This document shows positions 36,621-46,520 of a stretch of 64,000 nucleotides of DNA, piece after piece (the stretch's first letter is position 1; every line of letters starts with the position of its first letter). Under the pieces are notes generated by a model. The model was not told where the DNA came from. It made no database searches and saw only the letters and a program-made list of their open reading frames with translations. A program made the position numbers and the translations under genes. This DNA comes from an uncultured Chloroflexia bacterium (GTDB lineage: Bacteria; Chloroflexota; Limnocylindria; Limnocylindrales; CSP1-4): NCBI GenBank assembly GCA_963720755.1, contig CAVRGP010000015.1, positions 256,001 to 320,000 of the forward strand. Direction: 5' to 3'.

Positions 36621-39059
36621 ATGGCAGAGCACGCTCGGGCGGTCGTCATCGGTGGCGGAGTCGGCGGCACCTCCATCGCCTACCATCTTGCCGAGCGAGG
36701 CTGGACGGACATCGTCCTGGTCGATCGCGCCGAGCTGACGTCCGGGTCGACCTTCCACTCGGCCGGGCTGGTCGGCCAGCTTCGCGGTTCGGTGACGTTG
36801 ACCAAGATGATGATGTACGGCTCCGACCTCTATCGGCGCCTTGCCGCCGAAACCGGCATGGATCCCTCGTGGCATGAAGTGGGCTCGCTGCGCCTGGCGT
36901 CGAGTCGGGAGCGATTCGAGGAGCTGCGGCGCCAGGCCGGTTGGGCCAAGACGTTCGGTCTGCCCCTCGAGCTCATCACCGCAGATGAGGCGCAGGCACG
37001 CTTCCCGTTGATGTCGACCGATGGCGTGCTCGGCGCGGTCTTCCTGCCGACTGACGGATGGCTCGACCCATCCGGCCTCGCCAACGCGCTGGCAGCCGGC
37101 GCACGCCAGCGGGGTGTGGCCATCCGGACCCACACTCGGGTGGTTTCTATCGGCGTGGAGCGTGGCCGGGTCACCGGCGTGACCGTCGACGCCGGCGGCG
37201 AACGCATGGAGATCCGGGCCGACGTCGTGGTCAACGCGGGGGGCATGTTCGCTTCCGAGATCGGTCGGATGGCCGGGGTGAACGTGCCGATCATCCCGAT
37301 GGCCCACGAATACCTGTTTACGGAGCCGATCGAGGGCGTCCACGCGGGTCTGCCCCAGCTGCGCGATCCCGACAATCTCGTCTACTTCCGGGAAGAGGTC
37401 GGCGGCCTGTGCATGGGTGGGTACGAGCGCCATCCGGCGCCGTGGGGACTCGACGGCATCCCGGCCGACTTCAACGGTCGGCTCCTCGCCCCCGACTGGC
37501 CGCGGTTCGAGGAGATCATGGACGGTGCGGTTCGGCGCGTCCCCGCCATCGCCGATGCCGGGATCAACCGGATGATCAACGGCCCGGAGGCCTTCACCCC
37601 GGACAACGAGTTCATCCTCGGCGAATCGGAGGTTCGCGGATTCTTCGTTGCCGCCGGGTTCAGCGCTCACGGGATCGCCGGGGCCGGTGGGATCGGTCGC
37701 CAGGTGGCGTCCTGGATCGTGGACGGGGAACCCGAGCTCGACTTGTGGAAGATGGACATCCGCCGGTTCGGACCCGCCTTTCGAAGCCAGGACTACACCC
37801 TCGCTCGCACGACCGAGGTGTATGCGACGTACTACGACATCCACTACCCGAACGAGGAGCGCCAGGCCGGCCGGCCTCTCCGAACGTCCCCGACGTACGA
37901 GACGCTGATCGGCCTCGAAGCCGCATTCGGCGAGAAGTCGGGCTGGGAACGCCCGAATTGGTTCGACGCGAACGCCGATGACGTCTTCGAGCCGCTCCGC
38001 CCCACCGGCTGGGCCGGGATGCACTGGTCGACCGCGATCGCCGCCGAGGCACTGGCCACCCGCCGGACTGCGGGCCTGTTCGATGAGACGTCGTTCGCGA
38101 AGCTCGAAGTCGTCGGACCAGGGGCGCTCGACTTCCTCCAGTACCTGTGTGCCAACGACATCGACGGACCGGTCGGTCGGATCGTCTACACCCAGCTCCT
38201 CGACCGCCGCGGTGGGATCCAGTGCGATCTGACCGTCACCAGGGTCGCCGCGGACCGGTTCCTGCTGGTGACCGGGACCGCGGTCGGCCAACACGACCTC
38301 GCCTGGCTCCGTCAACACCTGCCGGACGACGACAGCGTGTCCATCTACGACCTCACCGCCGGCCGCGTCTGCTTCGGCCTGTGGGGACCACGTGCCCGCG
38401 ACATCCTCGGTTCGATCACCCGGGACGATGTTTCGGATGCGGCCTTCCCATTCCTCACGGCTCGCGCGATCACGGTCGGATCCGTCCCCGTCCTCGCCCT
38501 CCGCGTGACCTACGTCGGCGAGCTGGGATGGGAGCTGTACGCCCCCACGGAGTTCGGGCTGACGCTGTGGCGGACGCTGTGGACTGCCGGTCAGCCGCAC
38601 GGGATCGTGGCGGCTGGCTACCGGGCCATCGACGCACTCAGGATCGAGAAGGGATATCGCGTCTGGTCGACCGATATCACCCCCGACGAGACGCCGTTCG
38701 AGGCTGGTCTCGGGTTCGCGGTCGCGCTCGACAAGGAGCCCGAGTTCATCGGTCGGGATGCGCTCGTCGCCGCCAGGGCGGCCGGGCCGACCAAGCGCCT
38801 CCGCTGCCTCGTCCTCGATGATCCACGGTCGGTCTGCCTCGGCAACGAACCGGTTCGGATCGGCGGGGTCGTCGTCGGCCGGGTGACGTCCGGTGGCTAC
38901 GGCTTCGCGGTCGAACGGTCGATCGCCTACGCCTATCTGCCGCCGGACCAGGCGGCCTTCGGGCTTCGAGGCGAGATCGAGGTCTTCGGTGACTGGATCG
39001 GGTTCGAGGTCGTCCGCGAGCCGTTGTACGACCCGGACGCGTCGAGGGTCCGGGCGTGA
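36621..39059 (+). CDS. GcvT-family FAD-dependent oxidoreductase (dimethylglycine dehydrogenase-like)
   Basis: IGGGVGG, SGSTFHSAG, FTPD, GWERPNWF, YVGELGWEL, LRIEKGY. Confidence 0.93.
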   Translation: MAEHARAVVIGGGVGGTSIAYHLAERGWTDIVLVDRAELTSGSTFHSAGLVGQLRGSVTLTKMMMYGSDLYRRLAAETGMDPSWHEVGSLRLASSRERFEELRRQAGWAKTFGLPLELITADEAQARFPLMSTDGVLGAVFLPTDGWLDPSGLANALAAGARQRGVAIRTHTRVVSIGVERGRVTGVTVDAGGERMEIRADVVVNAGGMFASEIGRMAGVNVPIIPMAHEYLFTEPIEGVHAGLPQLRDPDNLVYFREEVGGLCMGGYERHPAPWGLDGIPADFNGRLLAPDWPRFEEIMDGAVRRVPAIADAGINRMINGPEAFTPDNEFILGESEVRGFFVAAGFSAHGIAGAGGIGRQVASWIVDGEPELDLWKMDIRRFGPAFRSQDYTLARTTEVYATYYDIHYPNEERQAGRPLRTSPTYETLIGLEAAFGEKSGWERPNWFDANADDVFEPLRPTGWAGMHWSTAIAAEALATRRTAGLFDETSFAKLEVVGPGALDFLQYLCANDIDGPVGRIVYTQLLDRRGGIQCDLTVTRVAADRFLLVTGTAVGQHDLAWLRQHLPDDDSVSIYDLTAGRVCFGLWGPRARDILGSITRDDVSDAAFPFLTARAITVGSVPVLALRVTYVGELGWELYAPTEFGLTLWRTLWTAGQPHGIVAAGYRAIDALRIEKGYRVWSTDITPDETPFEAGLGFAVALDKEPEFIGRDALVAARAAGPTKRLRCLVLDDPRSVCLGNEPVRIGGVVVGRVTSGGYGFAVERSIAYAYLPPDQAAFGLRGEIEVFGDWIGFEVVREPLYDPDASRVRA

Positions 39060-39922
39060 CCGGATCGTCCGACGACGCCTCCGTCGCCTTCGGACCGGCG
39101 TGGTCGGCGACGCACCGTCGTGGCAGCGACTCGGAACTTCGGGGCTGGCTCGATGACGCGATGGAGATCTGCGACGAGGCCGATCGGATCGCCCGTGACC
39201 ACTTTCGTCGCGACCTCCAGATCGACACGAAGCCCGATCGGACCTTCGTGACCCAGGCCGATACCGCGATCGAGACGATGATCCGCGAGCGACTGCTCGA
39301 CGCCTACCCGGACCATGGCCTGGTCGGCGAGGAGTACGGCACCTCGGCCGGCGACGCATCGGTCCGTTGGTACATCGACCCGATCGATGCGACCCACAAC
39401 TTCATCCGCGGGGTCCCCCTGTTCGGGACGCTGCTGGCCGTCGAGCGGGACGGCGAGCTCCAGGCCGGGGTCCTCTCGGCGCCGGCCCTCGACGAGCGCT
39501 GGTGGGCCTGGCGGGCGGGCGGTGCATGGGCCCGCAACCGCGGAGAACCCGTACGCCGGATCCAGGTCTCGGCGGTCAGCGAGCTCGTCGATGCCCAGGT
39601 GTTCCATGGATCCGGCCGGGACATCGTCGCTTCGGGTCGTGCGCCCGGGTTCGACGACGTCCTCAGCCGGGCCTGGCGTGAACGTGGGTTCGGGGACTTC
39701 TGGGGCTACGCGCTGCTCGCCGAGGGGGCGGCGGAAGCGATGATCGAGGTCGACCTGTCCGCATGGGACACGGCCGCACCGCTCATCCTGGTGGAGGAGG
39801 CCGGCGGGCTGGCCACCGACTTCGACGGTCACCGGGTCCTCGACAGCGGCACATTCCTCGCCACCAACGGCCGGCTCCACGATGTCATCCGACGACGAAC
39901 GATCGGGGAGGCGACGTCCTAG
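39056..39922 (+). CDS. hisN: Inositol monophosphatase-family protein, histidinol-phosphatase type
   Basis: VTQAD, GEE, WYIDPIDAT.NF.RG.P, GFGDFWGY, WDTAA. Confidence 0.75.
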   Translation: MTGSSDDASVAFGPAWSATHRRGSDSELRGWLDDAMEICDEADRIARDHFRRDLQIDTKPDRTFVTQADTAIETMIRERLLDAYPDHGLVGEEYGTSAGDASVRWYIDPIDATHNFIRGVPLFGTLLAVERDGELQAGVLSAPALDERWWAWRAGGAWARNRGEPVRRIQVSAVSELVDAQVFHGSGRDIVASGRAPGFDDVLSRAWRERGFGDFWGYALLAEGAAEAMIEVDLSAWDTAAPLILVEEAGGLATDFDGHRVLDSGTFLATNGRLHDVIRRRTIGEATS

Positions 39923-40551
39923 CCGGTCGATCTCCCGAGGCGGCGTGCCACGGCGGCGATCAGGGCAAGGCCGGCGACGAGGATGAGAAGCCCGAGACCG
40001 ATGTCGACGATCGCTCCGATCCCCGCGCAGGCCACCACGAAGACGACGGCGACCATCGTCAGCGGACGACCATCGACGACGGTTCGGTCCGGGGTCGCGA
40101 GGGTCGACAGTGAGCCTGGGGTCGACATGCCGGTCGATTCGGCGAGCTCGTCCGCGGTCGCCCGAAGGACGGCGAGGGTATCCGGATCCGCGAGGTCGTC
40201 GACCACGGCGGCCATGGCCGCCTCCTCGAACGCGGCGGCCGCCGCGACGCGATCGTCCGCGCGGGCGACGGACACGGCCATCTCGGTCAGTGCCCAGGTG
40301 CCGCTGAAGCCACTCCGGGAGAACAAGCGCATGGTCGCGTCCTGCGCCGCCACGACGGCTTCGTCGAACAGTTCGCCTCGACCAGCTGCGATTGCGGCAT
40401 TCCTCGCCGTGGCCTCCGCAGCGCGACGCTCGGCATCGGGGCGGGCGACGACGATCACCTGAAGGTCGATCCGGGCCATTCCCTCGAGAACGTCGGCGAC
40501 CCGAGCCCGTGCGGAAGCGAGGCCGGCGTCGTCCTCCCGCACCCCGGTCAT
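39919..40551 (-). CDS. Hypothetical protein with two C-terminal TM segments
   Basis: Follows the aminotransferase with a 3-nt gap; hydrophobic C-terminus. Confidence 0.65.
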   Translation of the reverse strand: MTGVREDDAGLASARARVADVLEGMARIDLQVIVVARPDAERRAAEATARNAAIAAGRGELFDEAVVAAQDATMRLFSRSGFSGTWALTEMAVSVARADDRVAAAAAFEEAAMAAVVDDLADPDTLAVLRATADELAESTGMSTPGSLSTLATPDRTVVDGRPLTMVAVVFVVACAGIGAIVDIGLGLLILVAGLALIAAVARRLGRSTG

Positions 40552-40554
40552 CGC

Positions 40555-41883
40555 TCAGGCGCCAGCGGCAGCCAGGCTCTCGTCGAGGATCGAGATGGCG
40601 AGGTCAACTTCCTCGCCGGACGTGACCAGTGGGGGGATGATCCGGATCACATTGGCGTAGGTACCGGCCGTGAGGACGATGAGGTTCCGGGCGAGCGCCT
40701 CCGCCTGGATCCGCTTGGTCAGCTCCGGATCTGGGACGCGGCCGTCGCCGATCCCGGGCTTGATCAGCTCGATGGCGACCATGAGGCCGAGACCGCGGAC
40801 ATCTCCGAGCGAGGCGTACCTCGAGGCGAGATCCCGGAGCCCGGCCAGGAACTGCATGCCACGCGCCCTGGCGTTGGCGACGAGGCTCTCCTCCTCGATG
40901 ACATCCAGGGTGGCGTTTGCGGCGGCGCAGGACACGACGTTGCCGCCATACGTGCCGCCGTGCGTCCCGGGCTTCCACCTGGCCATCAACTCCGGGTGGG
41001 CCAGGATCCCGGACAACGGCAGGCCGGAGGCGATCCCCTTGGCCATCACCAGGATGTCGGGCTGCACGGCCCAGTGCTGGACGGCGAACATCTCACCGGT
41101 CCGCCCGAACCCGGTCTGGACCTCGTCTGCGATGAGCAGGATCCCGTGCTCGCGGGTGATCTCGCGGAGTCGGGGCAGGAACTCCGGCGGCGGGACGATA
41201 TAGCCACCCTCGCCCAGCACGGGCTCGATGATGATCGCGGCGACCCGGTCCGGGTAGATGAACTGGTGGAACGTGAGCTCAAGTTGCTCCTCCCAGTCGC
41301 ACGAACAGGCGTCGGGCGCGTGCCCGCCGCCCGGGGCCCGGTAGCAGTACGGGTATGCGGTGTGGTAGATGGATCCGGGCAAGGGCTCGAAGGCGGCGCG
41401 GTAGACGTCCTTGGCGGTCGTCAGGGCCATCGTCTGGGCGGTCCGGCCGTGATAGCCGTAGCGGAACGCGATGATCGCCGGCCGGCCCGTGGCCACCCGC
41501 GCGAGCTTCACCGAGGCCTCGACCGCCTCCGCCCCGGAGTTGGACAGGAAGGCCTGCCACGGGCCACCTGGAAGGACGTGCTGCAATCGCTCGTACAGGC
41601 GCAGGCCGGGCTCGTGGTACAGGATGTTCTGCTGCCCGTGGAGGAGCTTCTGGGCCTGGACGGCGACCGCGGCGGCCACTCGCGGATGAGCGTGACCGGT
41701 GTTGGTGACCCCGATCCCGGACGAGTAGTCGAGGTATCGCTGCCCGTCCCGGGCGATCAGCCATGAACCCTCGCCGCGCTCGATGTCGAGGTTCGTGATC
41801 CGGCTCCAGACGGCCGGTACGACGGCGTGGTCGGGCAGGGGATCCCCGTCGGCGCTGGCAGGGGACTTGACCGTGTCGACCAT
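40555..41883 (-). CDS. Class III PLP aminotransferase (4-aminobutyrate aminotransferase-like)
   Basis: NSGAEAVE, YHGRT, EPVLGEGG, LIADEVQTGFGRTG, AKG, HGGTYGGN. Confidence 0.9.
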   Translation of the reverse strand: MVDTVKSPASADGDPLPDHAVVPAVWSRITNLDIERGEGSWLIARDGQRYLDYSSGIGVTNTGHAHPRVAAAVAVQAQKLLHGQQNILYHEPGLRLYERLQHVLPGGPWQAFLSNSGAEAVEASVKLARVATGRPAIIAFRYGYHGRTAQTMALTTAKDVYRAAFEPLPGSIYHTAYPYCYRAPGGGHAPDACSCDWEEQLELTFHQFIYPDRVAAIIIEPVLGEGGYIVPPPEFLPRLREITREHGILLIADEVQTGFGRTGEMFAVQHWAVQPDILVMAKGIASGLPLSGILAHPELMARWKPGTHGGTYGGNVVSCAAANATLDVIEEESLVANARARGMQFLAGLRDLASRYASLGDVRGLGLMVAIELIKPGIGDGRVPDPELTKRIQAEALARNLIVLTAGTYANVIRIIPPLVTSGEEVDLAISILDESLAAAGA

Positions 41884-41899
41884 CGCCGTCTCCTCCTGG

Positions 41900-42763
41900 T
41901 CAGGCCGGCCGGTCGCCGCGTCGCTGGAAGATCACGGACAGCGCGACGAGGACGACCGCGATGACGAAGATCGAGGTGCCGATGACATTGACCTGGACGG
42001 GGATCCCGATCCGGGCCGCACCCCAGATGTACATCGGGAAGGTCACGGTCCGGCCGGCGGTGAAGTTGGTGATGACGAAGTCGTCGATGGACAGGCTGAA
42101 GGCCAGCAACGATGCGGCCAGGATCCCCGGCAGGATGAGCGGGAAGGTGATCCTCCAGAAGGTGACGAGCTCGGTCGCCCCCAGGTCCATCGCGGCTTCT
42201 TCGAGGTGGCGATCGAGCCCCGACAGGCGGGCCCGGACGGTCACCACCACGAAGCTGATGTTGAACATGATGTGCGCGATCAGGATCGTCAGCTCGTTGA
42301 GCGGGAAGAACGGCGGACGGCTGATGGCCACGAACATCGTCAGGAGCGACGCACCGAGGACGATCTCCGGGGTGGCCATCGGCAGGAAGATCAGCAGGTT
42401 GGCCGATCCGGAGGCCCGGAATTGGTAGCGCACGAGTGCCAGGGCGATGAGCGTGCCGAGGATGGTCGCGATGATCGTGGACAGGAACGCGATCTGGAGC
42501 GACACGATGACCGCGCTCCCGATGCCCGGTACCCCGAACGGGTCCTGCCAGTACTGCAGGGTGAAGCCGCGCCAGACGAGATTGCTCCTGCCGATCGGGT
42601 CGTTGAACGAGAACAGGGCGATGACCGCGACAGGCAGGAGGAGGTAGATGATCGCGAGGATCGCGTACAGCGGCAGGAGGTAACGATCGAGGAAGCGCCG
42701 GACCCGGTCACCGAGGGGTCGCGACGCTCGCATCGGTGCGGTGGAAGCCGTCGTCGCCGTCAT
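41900..42763 (-). CDS. potC: Polyamine ABC transporter permease
   Basis: FSFN, LEEAAMDLGA, FSLSIDDF. Confidence 0.85.
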   Translation of the reverse strand: MTATTASTAPMRASRPLGDRVRRFLDRYLLPLYAILAIIYLLLPVAVIALFSFNDPIGRSNLVWRGFTLQYWQDPFGVPGIGSAVIVSLQIAFLSTIIATILGTLIALALVRYQFRASGSANLLIFLPMATPEIVLGASLLTMFVAISRPPFFPLNELTILIAHIMFNISFVVVTVRARLSGLDRHLEEAAMDLGATELVTFWRITFPLILPGILAASLLAFSLSIDDFVITNFTAGRTVTFPMYIWGAARIGIPVQVNVIGTSIFVIAVVLVALSVIFQRRGDRPA

Positions 42764-42766
42764 CCC

Positions 42767-43783
42767 CTAGACGCTCCGACCGGCGGTGAGGTTCTCGGTC
42801 CCGAGGGCGCGGGCGTACACGGCCACGATCGCCAGGATGCCGATCATCAGGATGAAGCTGAGCGCGGACGCCGTCGGATAGTCATTGTTCGTGAGGAAGC
42901 GACTCTGGATGACGTTACCGATCATGTTCGTCGACGGATTGCCCAGCAGCGACGCATTCACGTAGTCGCCCATCGCGGGGATCAGGACCAACAGGGATCC
43001 GGCGAAGACACCCGGCAGCGACAGCGGGAAGGTCACCCGGACGAACGCCTCGTTGAGGAAGACGGTCCCGCCGATCCCACCGGCGATGGCGCCCGCGGAG
43101 ATGGCTTCCGGCAGCGAGAAGTCGAACGCAAACCCCATCAGCGCCCCGACGATCGCCCCGCCGAGCCCGCCGGCGATCGTGCCACCCGGCCGCCACGGAC
43201 CCGCGTACAGGTCCTCAGCGGCCTCGGTCAGGCGTCGATCCATCTTCTCCAGGGAGACGTAGATCGGCAGGGTCATGAACGGGAGGAAGTTGTAGGTGAT
43301 CCCCGAGATGACCGCGATGGGCGTGGCGAGGACCCGGAAGCCGGGGTCGAGGATGCCCAGGTCCTTGAGCGGACCGAGGACGAGGCCGTCGTCGCCCAGG
43401 ATGATCTTCCAGCTGACCGTTCGCAGCAGGAAGCTCGTGAAGAACGGCGCGACCACCAGGAACAGCATGAGGTTCCGGTATCGGCCGCCACGGAAGGCGA
43501 TGGCGTAGGCGAGGGGATAGGCGATGAGGAAGGTGAGCAGGGTCGCGGTCAGCGAGTAGACGATCGACCGGCCGAACTGGGTCGAGTAACGATCGAGTGC
43601 CTCAGGGTACGTCGTCCAGTTCGACAGCGAGAAGGTGAAGCCGGTCTCCACGGTCCCCGACCAGAACGAGGTGATGAACATCTGGAACGCCGGGTAGACG
43701 TAGAAGACGAGCAGCCACAGCAGGCCCGGCGCCAGCAACAGGTACGGGATCGCATGGCGATGGCGGTGCAGGAACGTGCCCAC
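42767..43783 (-). CDS. potB: Polyamine ABC transporter permease with an inserted hydrophobic hairpin
   Basis: PFFTSFLLR, YNFLPFM.LPIY, EAAEDLYA, RVTFPLSLPG, MIGNVIQ. Confidence 0.85.
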   Translation of the reverse strand: MGTFLHRHRHAIPYLLLAPGLLWLLVFYVYPAFQMFITSFWSGTVETGFTFSLSNWTTYPEALDRYSTQFGRSIVYSLTATLLTFLIAYPLAYAIAFRGGRYRNLMLFLVVAPFFTSFLLRTVSWKIILGDDGLVLGPLKDLGILDPGFRVLATPIAVISGITYNFLPFMTLPIYVSLEKMDRRLTEAAEDLYAGPWRPGGTIAGGLGGAIVGALMGFAFDFSLPEAISAGAIAGGIGGTVFLNEAFVRVTFPLSLPGVFAGSLLVLIPAMGDYVNASLLGNPSTNMIGNVIQSRFLTNNDYPTASALSFILMIGILAIVAVYARALGTENLTAGRSV

Positions 43784-43833
43784 TCGGCCTCCGAAGGTCC
43801 GGACTCGGGATGGTCAGCGCTGGCGAAGCGCGG

Positions 43834-45066
43834 TCACACGCCGGTGAGCGTCGAGAACTGGTCGTTCATGTACGTCTCTTCCTCTTCGGACAGCGACTTG
43901 AACGGCTTGACCAGGGTGAGCATCTCCGGCGTCGGGAAGATCAGGGGATTCTTGGCCAGATCCGGGTCGATCTTGGCCAATTCTGCCTGGGCTCCCTTGA
44001 CCGGGCAGATGTAGTTCACCCAGGCGGCGATCTGCGCCGCGACCGCAGGGCGGTAGACATAGTCGGCGAAGATCGAAGCCGTGTACACGTTGGGACTGCC
44101 CAGCGGGATCATCATGTTGTCGTACCAGAGCATCCCGCCCTGGGTCGGGATCGAGAACCGGAGACTGGCCTTCTCGAGCTGCTTCTGGATGATGTCGCCC
44201 GACCAGGCCATCGCCAGGACGACATTGCCGGCCACGAGATCCTCCGCGTAGTCGTTGCCGGTGAACGCCCGGACGATGCCGTCGTCGACCGATTGCTGGA
44301 GCTTGGCGATGGCCTCGTCGAATTGATCGGTCGTGACCGTCAGCGGGTCGTATCCCAGGTTCTCAAGGGTCAGGCCGACCGCGTCGCGCATCTCGGACAG
44401 GTAGGTGATCCGGCCCTTCCACTGCGGGTCCCAGAGGGCGTCCGAGCTGGTGAGGTCACCGGTGACCTTGCGGTCGAAGCCGAGGCCGGTCATCCCCGAC
44501 TGCCACGGGGCGTGGTACTCGTTCGTCGCGTCGAAGTCCGGAGCCAGGTAGACGTCCTCGAGGTTCGCCGTGTAGTTCGGCATGTCGGCGACATCGAACT
44601 TCTCCGCCCAGCCCAGGCGGATGATCCGGGCCGCCATCCACTGGGTCAGGACCATCAGGTCCCAGCCGGTTGGCTGGCCCGCTTCCAACGGTGCCTTGAT
44701 CGTCCCGAAGAACTCGTTGTTGTCGTTGATGACCTCGGAGTACTTCACCACCGTCCCGTACTCGGCCGTGAAATCCTCGAGCGTCTTGTGCTTGGTGGAG
44801 TCGTTGTCATCCGTATCGATGTACAGCGGCCAGTTGGCGAACTGGAGCTCCGCCGCCATCGTCTTGTCGATCGGGGTGGCGCTCGGCGCCTCGGTCGGCG
44901 GTGTCGTCGCGGCCGCGCTGGAACTGGTGGGCGCCGCGGCCGACGGGCTGCCCCCCGTGCCGCTCGTCCCGCAGGCGGCGAGGAAGGCCGCGACGCCCGT
45001 GAGCGTCGTGCCCTGGAGGAATCGCCGACGGGTCAGTTCCAGGTGTGTCTGGGTCGGTTCGGTCAT
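43834..45066 (-). CDS. potD: Polyamine ABC substrate-binding Tat lipoprotein
   Basis: TRRRFL Tat motif and LAAC lipobox; NWPLYID, PWQSGMTG, WSGD, WYDNM.IP. Confidence 0.88.
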   Translation of the reverse strand: MTEPTQTHLELTRRRFLQGTTLTGVAAFLAACGTSGTGGSPSAAAPTSSSAAATTPPTEAPSATPIDKTMAAELQFANWPLYIDTDDNDSTKHKTLEDFTAEYGTVVKYSEVINDNNEFFGTIKAPLEAGQPTGWDLMVLTQWMAARIIRLGWAEKFDVADMPNYTANLEDVYLAPDFDATNEYHAPWQSGMTGLGFDRKVTGDLTSSDALWDPQWKGRITYLSEMRDAVGLTLENLGYDPLTVTTDQFDEAIAKLQQSVDDGIVRAFTGNDYAEDLVAGNVVLAMAWSGDIIQKQLEKASLRFSIPTQGGMLWYDNMMIPLGSPNVYTASIFADYVYRPAVAAQIAAWVNYICPVKGAQAELAKIDPDLAKNPLIFPTPEMLTLVKPFKSLSEEEETYMNDQFSTLTGV

Positions 45067-45094
45067 CGGTTCTCCTCCTCGCGCGGCTGGGGAT

Positions 45095-46225
45095 TCATTC
45101 CTCGGTCGACTCGGCCTCGGATGTCGCATCGTGGACGACGAAACTGTGGTCGGGTGACCAGGTGAGTCGGACCTGTTCGCCGGGCGTCCACAGCTCGGAC
45201 CGTGTGGCGCGCTCGACGTTCTGTTCGTAGACTGTGACGATCGCGCCGCCACTCGCCTCGATCTGGTACTGGGTGCTGACGCCAAGGTACGAGGCATCGC
45301 GGACGACGCCGGTCAACTGGTTGTGTCCGGCCGGGGCATCGTCGGTCAGCTCGCGAAGTCGGATCTTCTCGGGGCGCACCCCGACGCTGACTTCCGTCTG
45401 GCCATCGATCGAGGCATTCGGGGTGCGGACCAGCGTGTCGTCGCGCAACCGGACGGTGGCGTGCTCGCCGTCCGTCCCCTGGACGGTCCCGGGCAGCAGG
45501 TTGCTGATCCCCAGGAAGCCCGCGACGAATCGGGTCGTCGGACGTTCGTACAGGCTCGCCGGATCGCCGATCTGCTCGTAGTGACCCTGGTGCATGACGG
45601 CGATGCGATCCGACATCGTCATCGCCTCTTCCTGGTCGTGGGTGACGTAGATGAAGGTGATCCCGACCTCCTGCTGGATCCGCTTGAGCTCGACCTGCAT
45701 CTGGCGACGCAACTTCAGGTCCAGCGCCCCGAGCGGCTCGTCGAGCAGCAGGACGGCCGGTCGATTGATCAGGGCGCGGGCGAGGGCGACTCGCTGGGCC
45801 TGCCCACCGGAGATCTGGTTCGGCTTCCGCTTCTCGAACCCGGGCAGTTCGACCAGGTCGAGCATCGCGCTCACCCGTTGGCCCACCTCGCTCGAGCTGA
45901 CACCCTTCCGCCGGAGACCGAACGCCACGTTCTCGAAGATGGTCAGGTGCGGGAAGAGCGCATAGCTCTGGAAGACCGTGTTGACGTTGCGCCGGTACGG
46001 CGGCAGCCAGGTCACGTCCTGGCCCTGGAGCTCGATCAGCCCTGATGTCGGCGCCTCGAACCCGCCGATCATACGGAGGGTGGTCGTCTTGCCACAGCCC
46101 GATGGACCGAGGAGGCTGAAGAACTCGCCATCGACCACTTCGAGGTTGATGTGGTCCACGGCGACCGCGTCGCCGAACTTCTTGACCACATCCACGAGCT
46201 TGACGTCGACGGTGGGCACGTTCAA
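45095..46225 (-). CDS. potA: Polyamine ABC ATP-binding protein
   Basis: GPSGCGKTT, NTVFQSYALFPHL, ISGGQAQR, DEPLGALD, TOBE-like tail. Confidence 0.9.
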   Translation of the reverse strand: MNVPTVDVKLVDVVKKFGDAVAVDHINLEVVDGEFFSLLGPSGCGKTTTLRMIGGFEAPTSGLIELQGQDVTWLPPYRRNVNTVFQSYALFPHLTIFENVAFGLRRKGVSSSEVGQRVSAMLDLVELPGFEKRKPNQISGGQAQRVALARALINRPAVLLLDEPLGALDLKLRRQMQVELKRIQQEVGITFIYVTHDQEEAMTMSDRIAVMHQGHYEQIGDPASLYERPTTRFVAGFLGISNLLPGTVQGTDGEHATVRLRDDTLVRTPNASIDGQTEVSVGVRPEKIRLRELTDDAPAGHNQLTGVVRDASYLGVSTQYQIEASGGAIVTVYEQNVERATRSELWTPGEQVRLTWSPDHSFVVHDATSEAESTEE

Positions 46226-46276
46226 TTCCGCTCCTCGTGGGGGAGTGAGCGTGATTCATTCCGCTCGGGTCTCGCG

Positions 46277-46306
46277 AGGATATGGTCGGGTGCATGCGAG
46301 TGTCAA
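46277..46306 (-). promoter_or_regulatory. Sigma70 promoter of the pot operon
   Basis: TTGACA (46306-46301), 18 bp, TATCCT (46282-46277). Confidence 0.6.
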
Positions 46307-46520
46307 GGAATGGGCGCTGCTCTGCGCGATACACGTATCCTGCGGACGCGAGCCCCTACGAGATTCGTTCGCTGCCCAGCCCGGAGTCACGAATCTCGCG
46401 CCCGCGCGCGCCGACAAATGGCCGTTGACGCGTGCCTTCCGGGCTCGCGGTACGATGGCGAGCGAATCCTCCCGCAGGGCACCAGGCCCTGTTCCGCGAC
46501 GTGAAGGGACCCGCCCACCG

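Noticed and set aside
40555-41883. Aminotransferase as a phospho-lyase partner of the nearby kinases
   Set aside because: It is co-transcribed with the polyamine transporter and looks like an ordinary GabT-type enzyme; there is no positive evidence for lyase activity.
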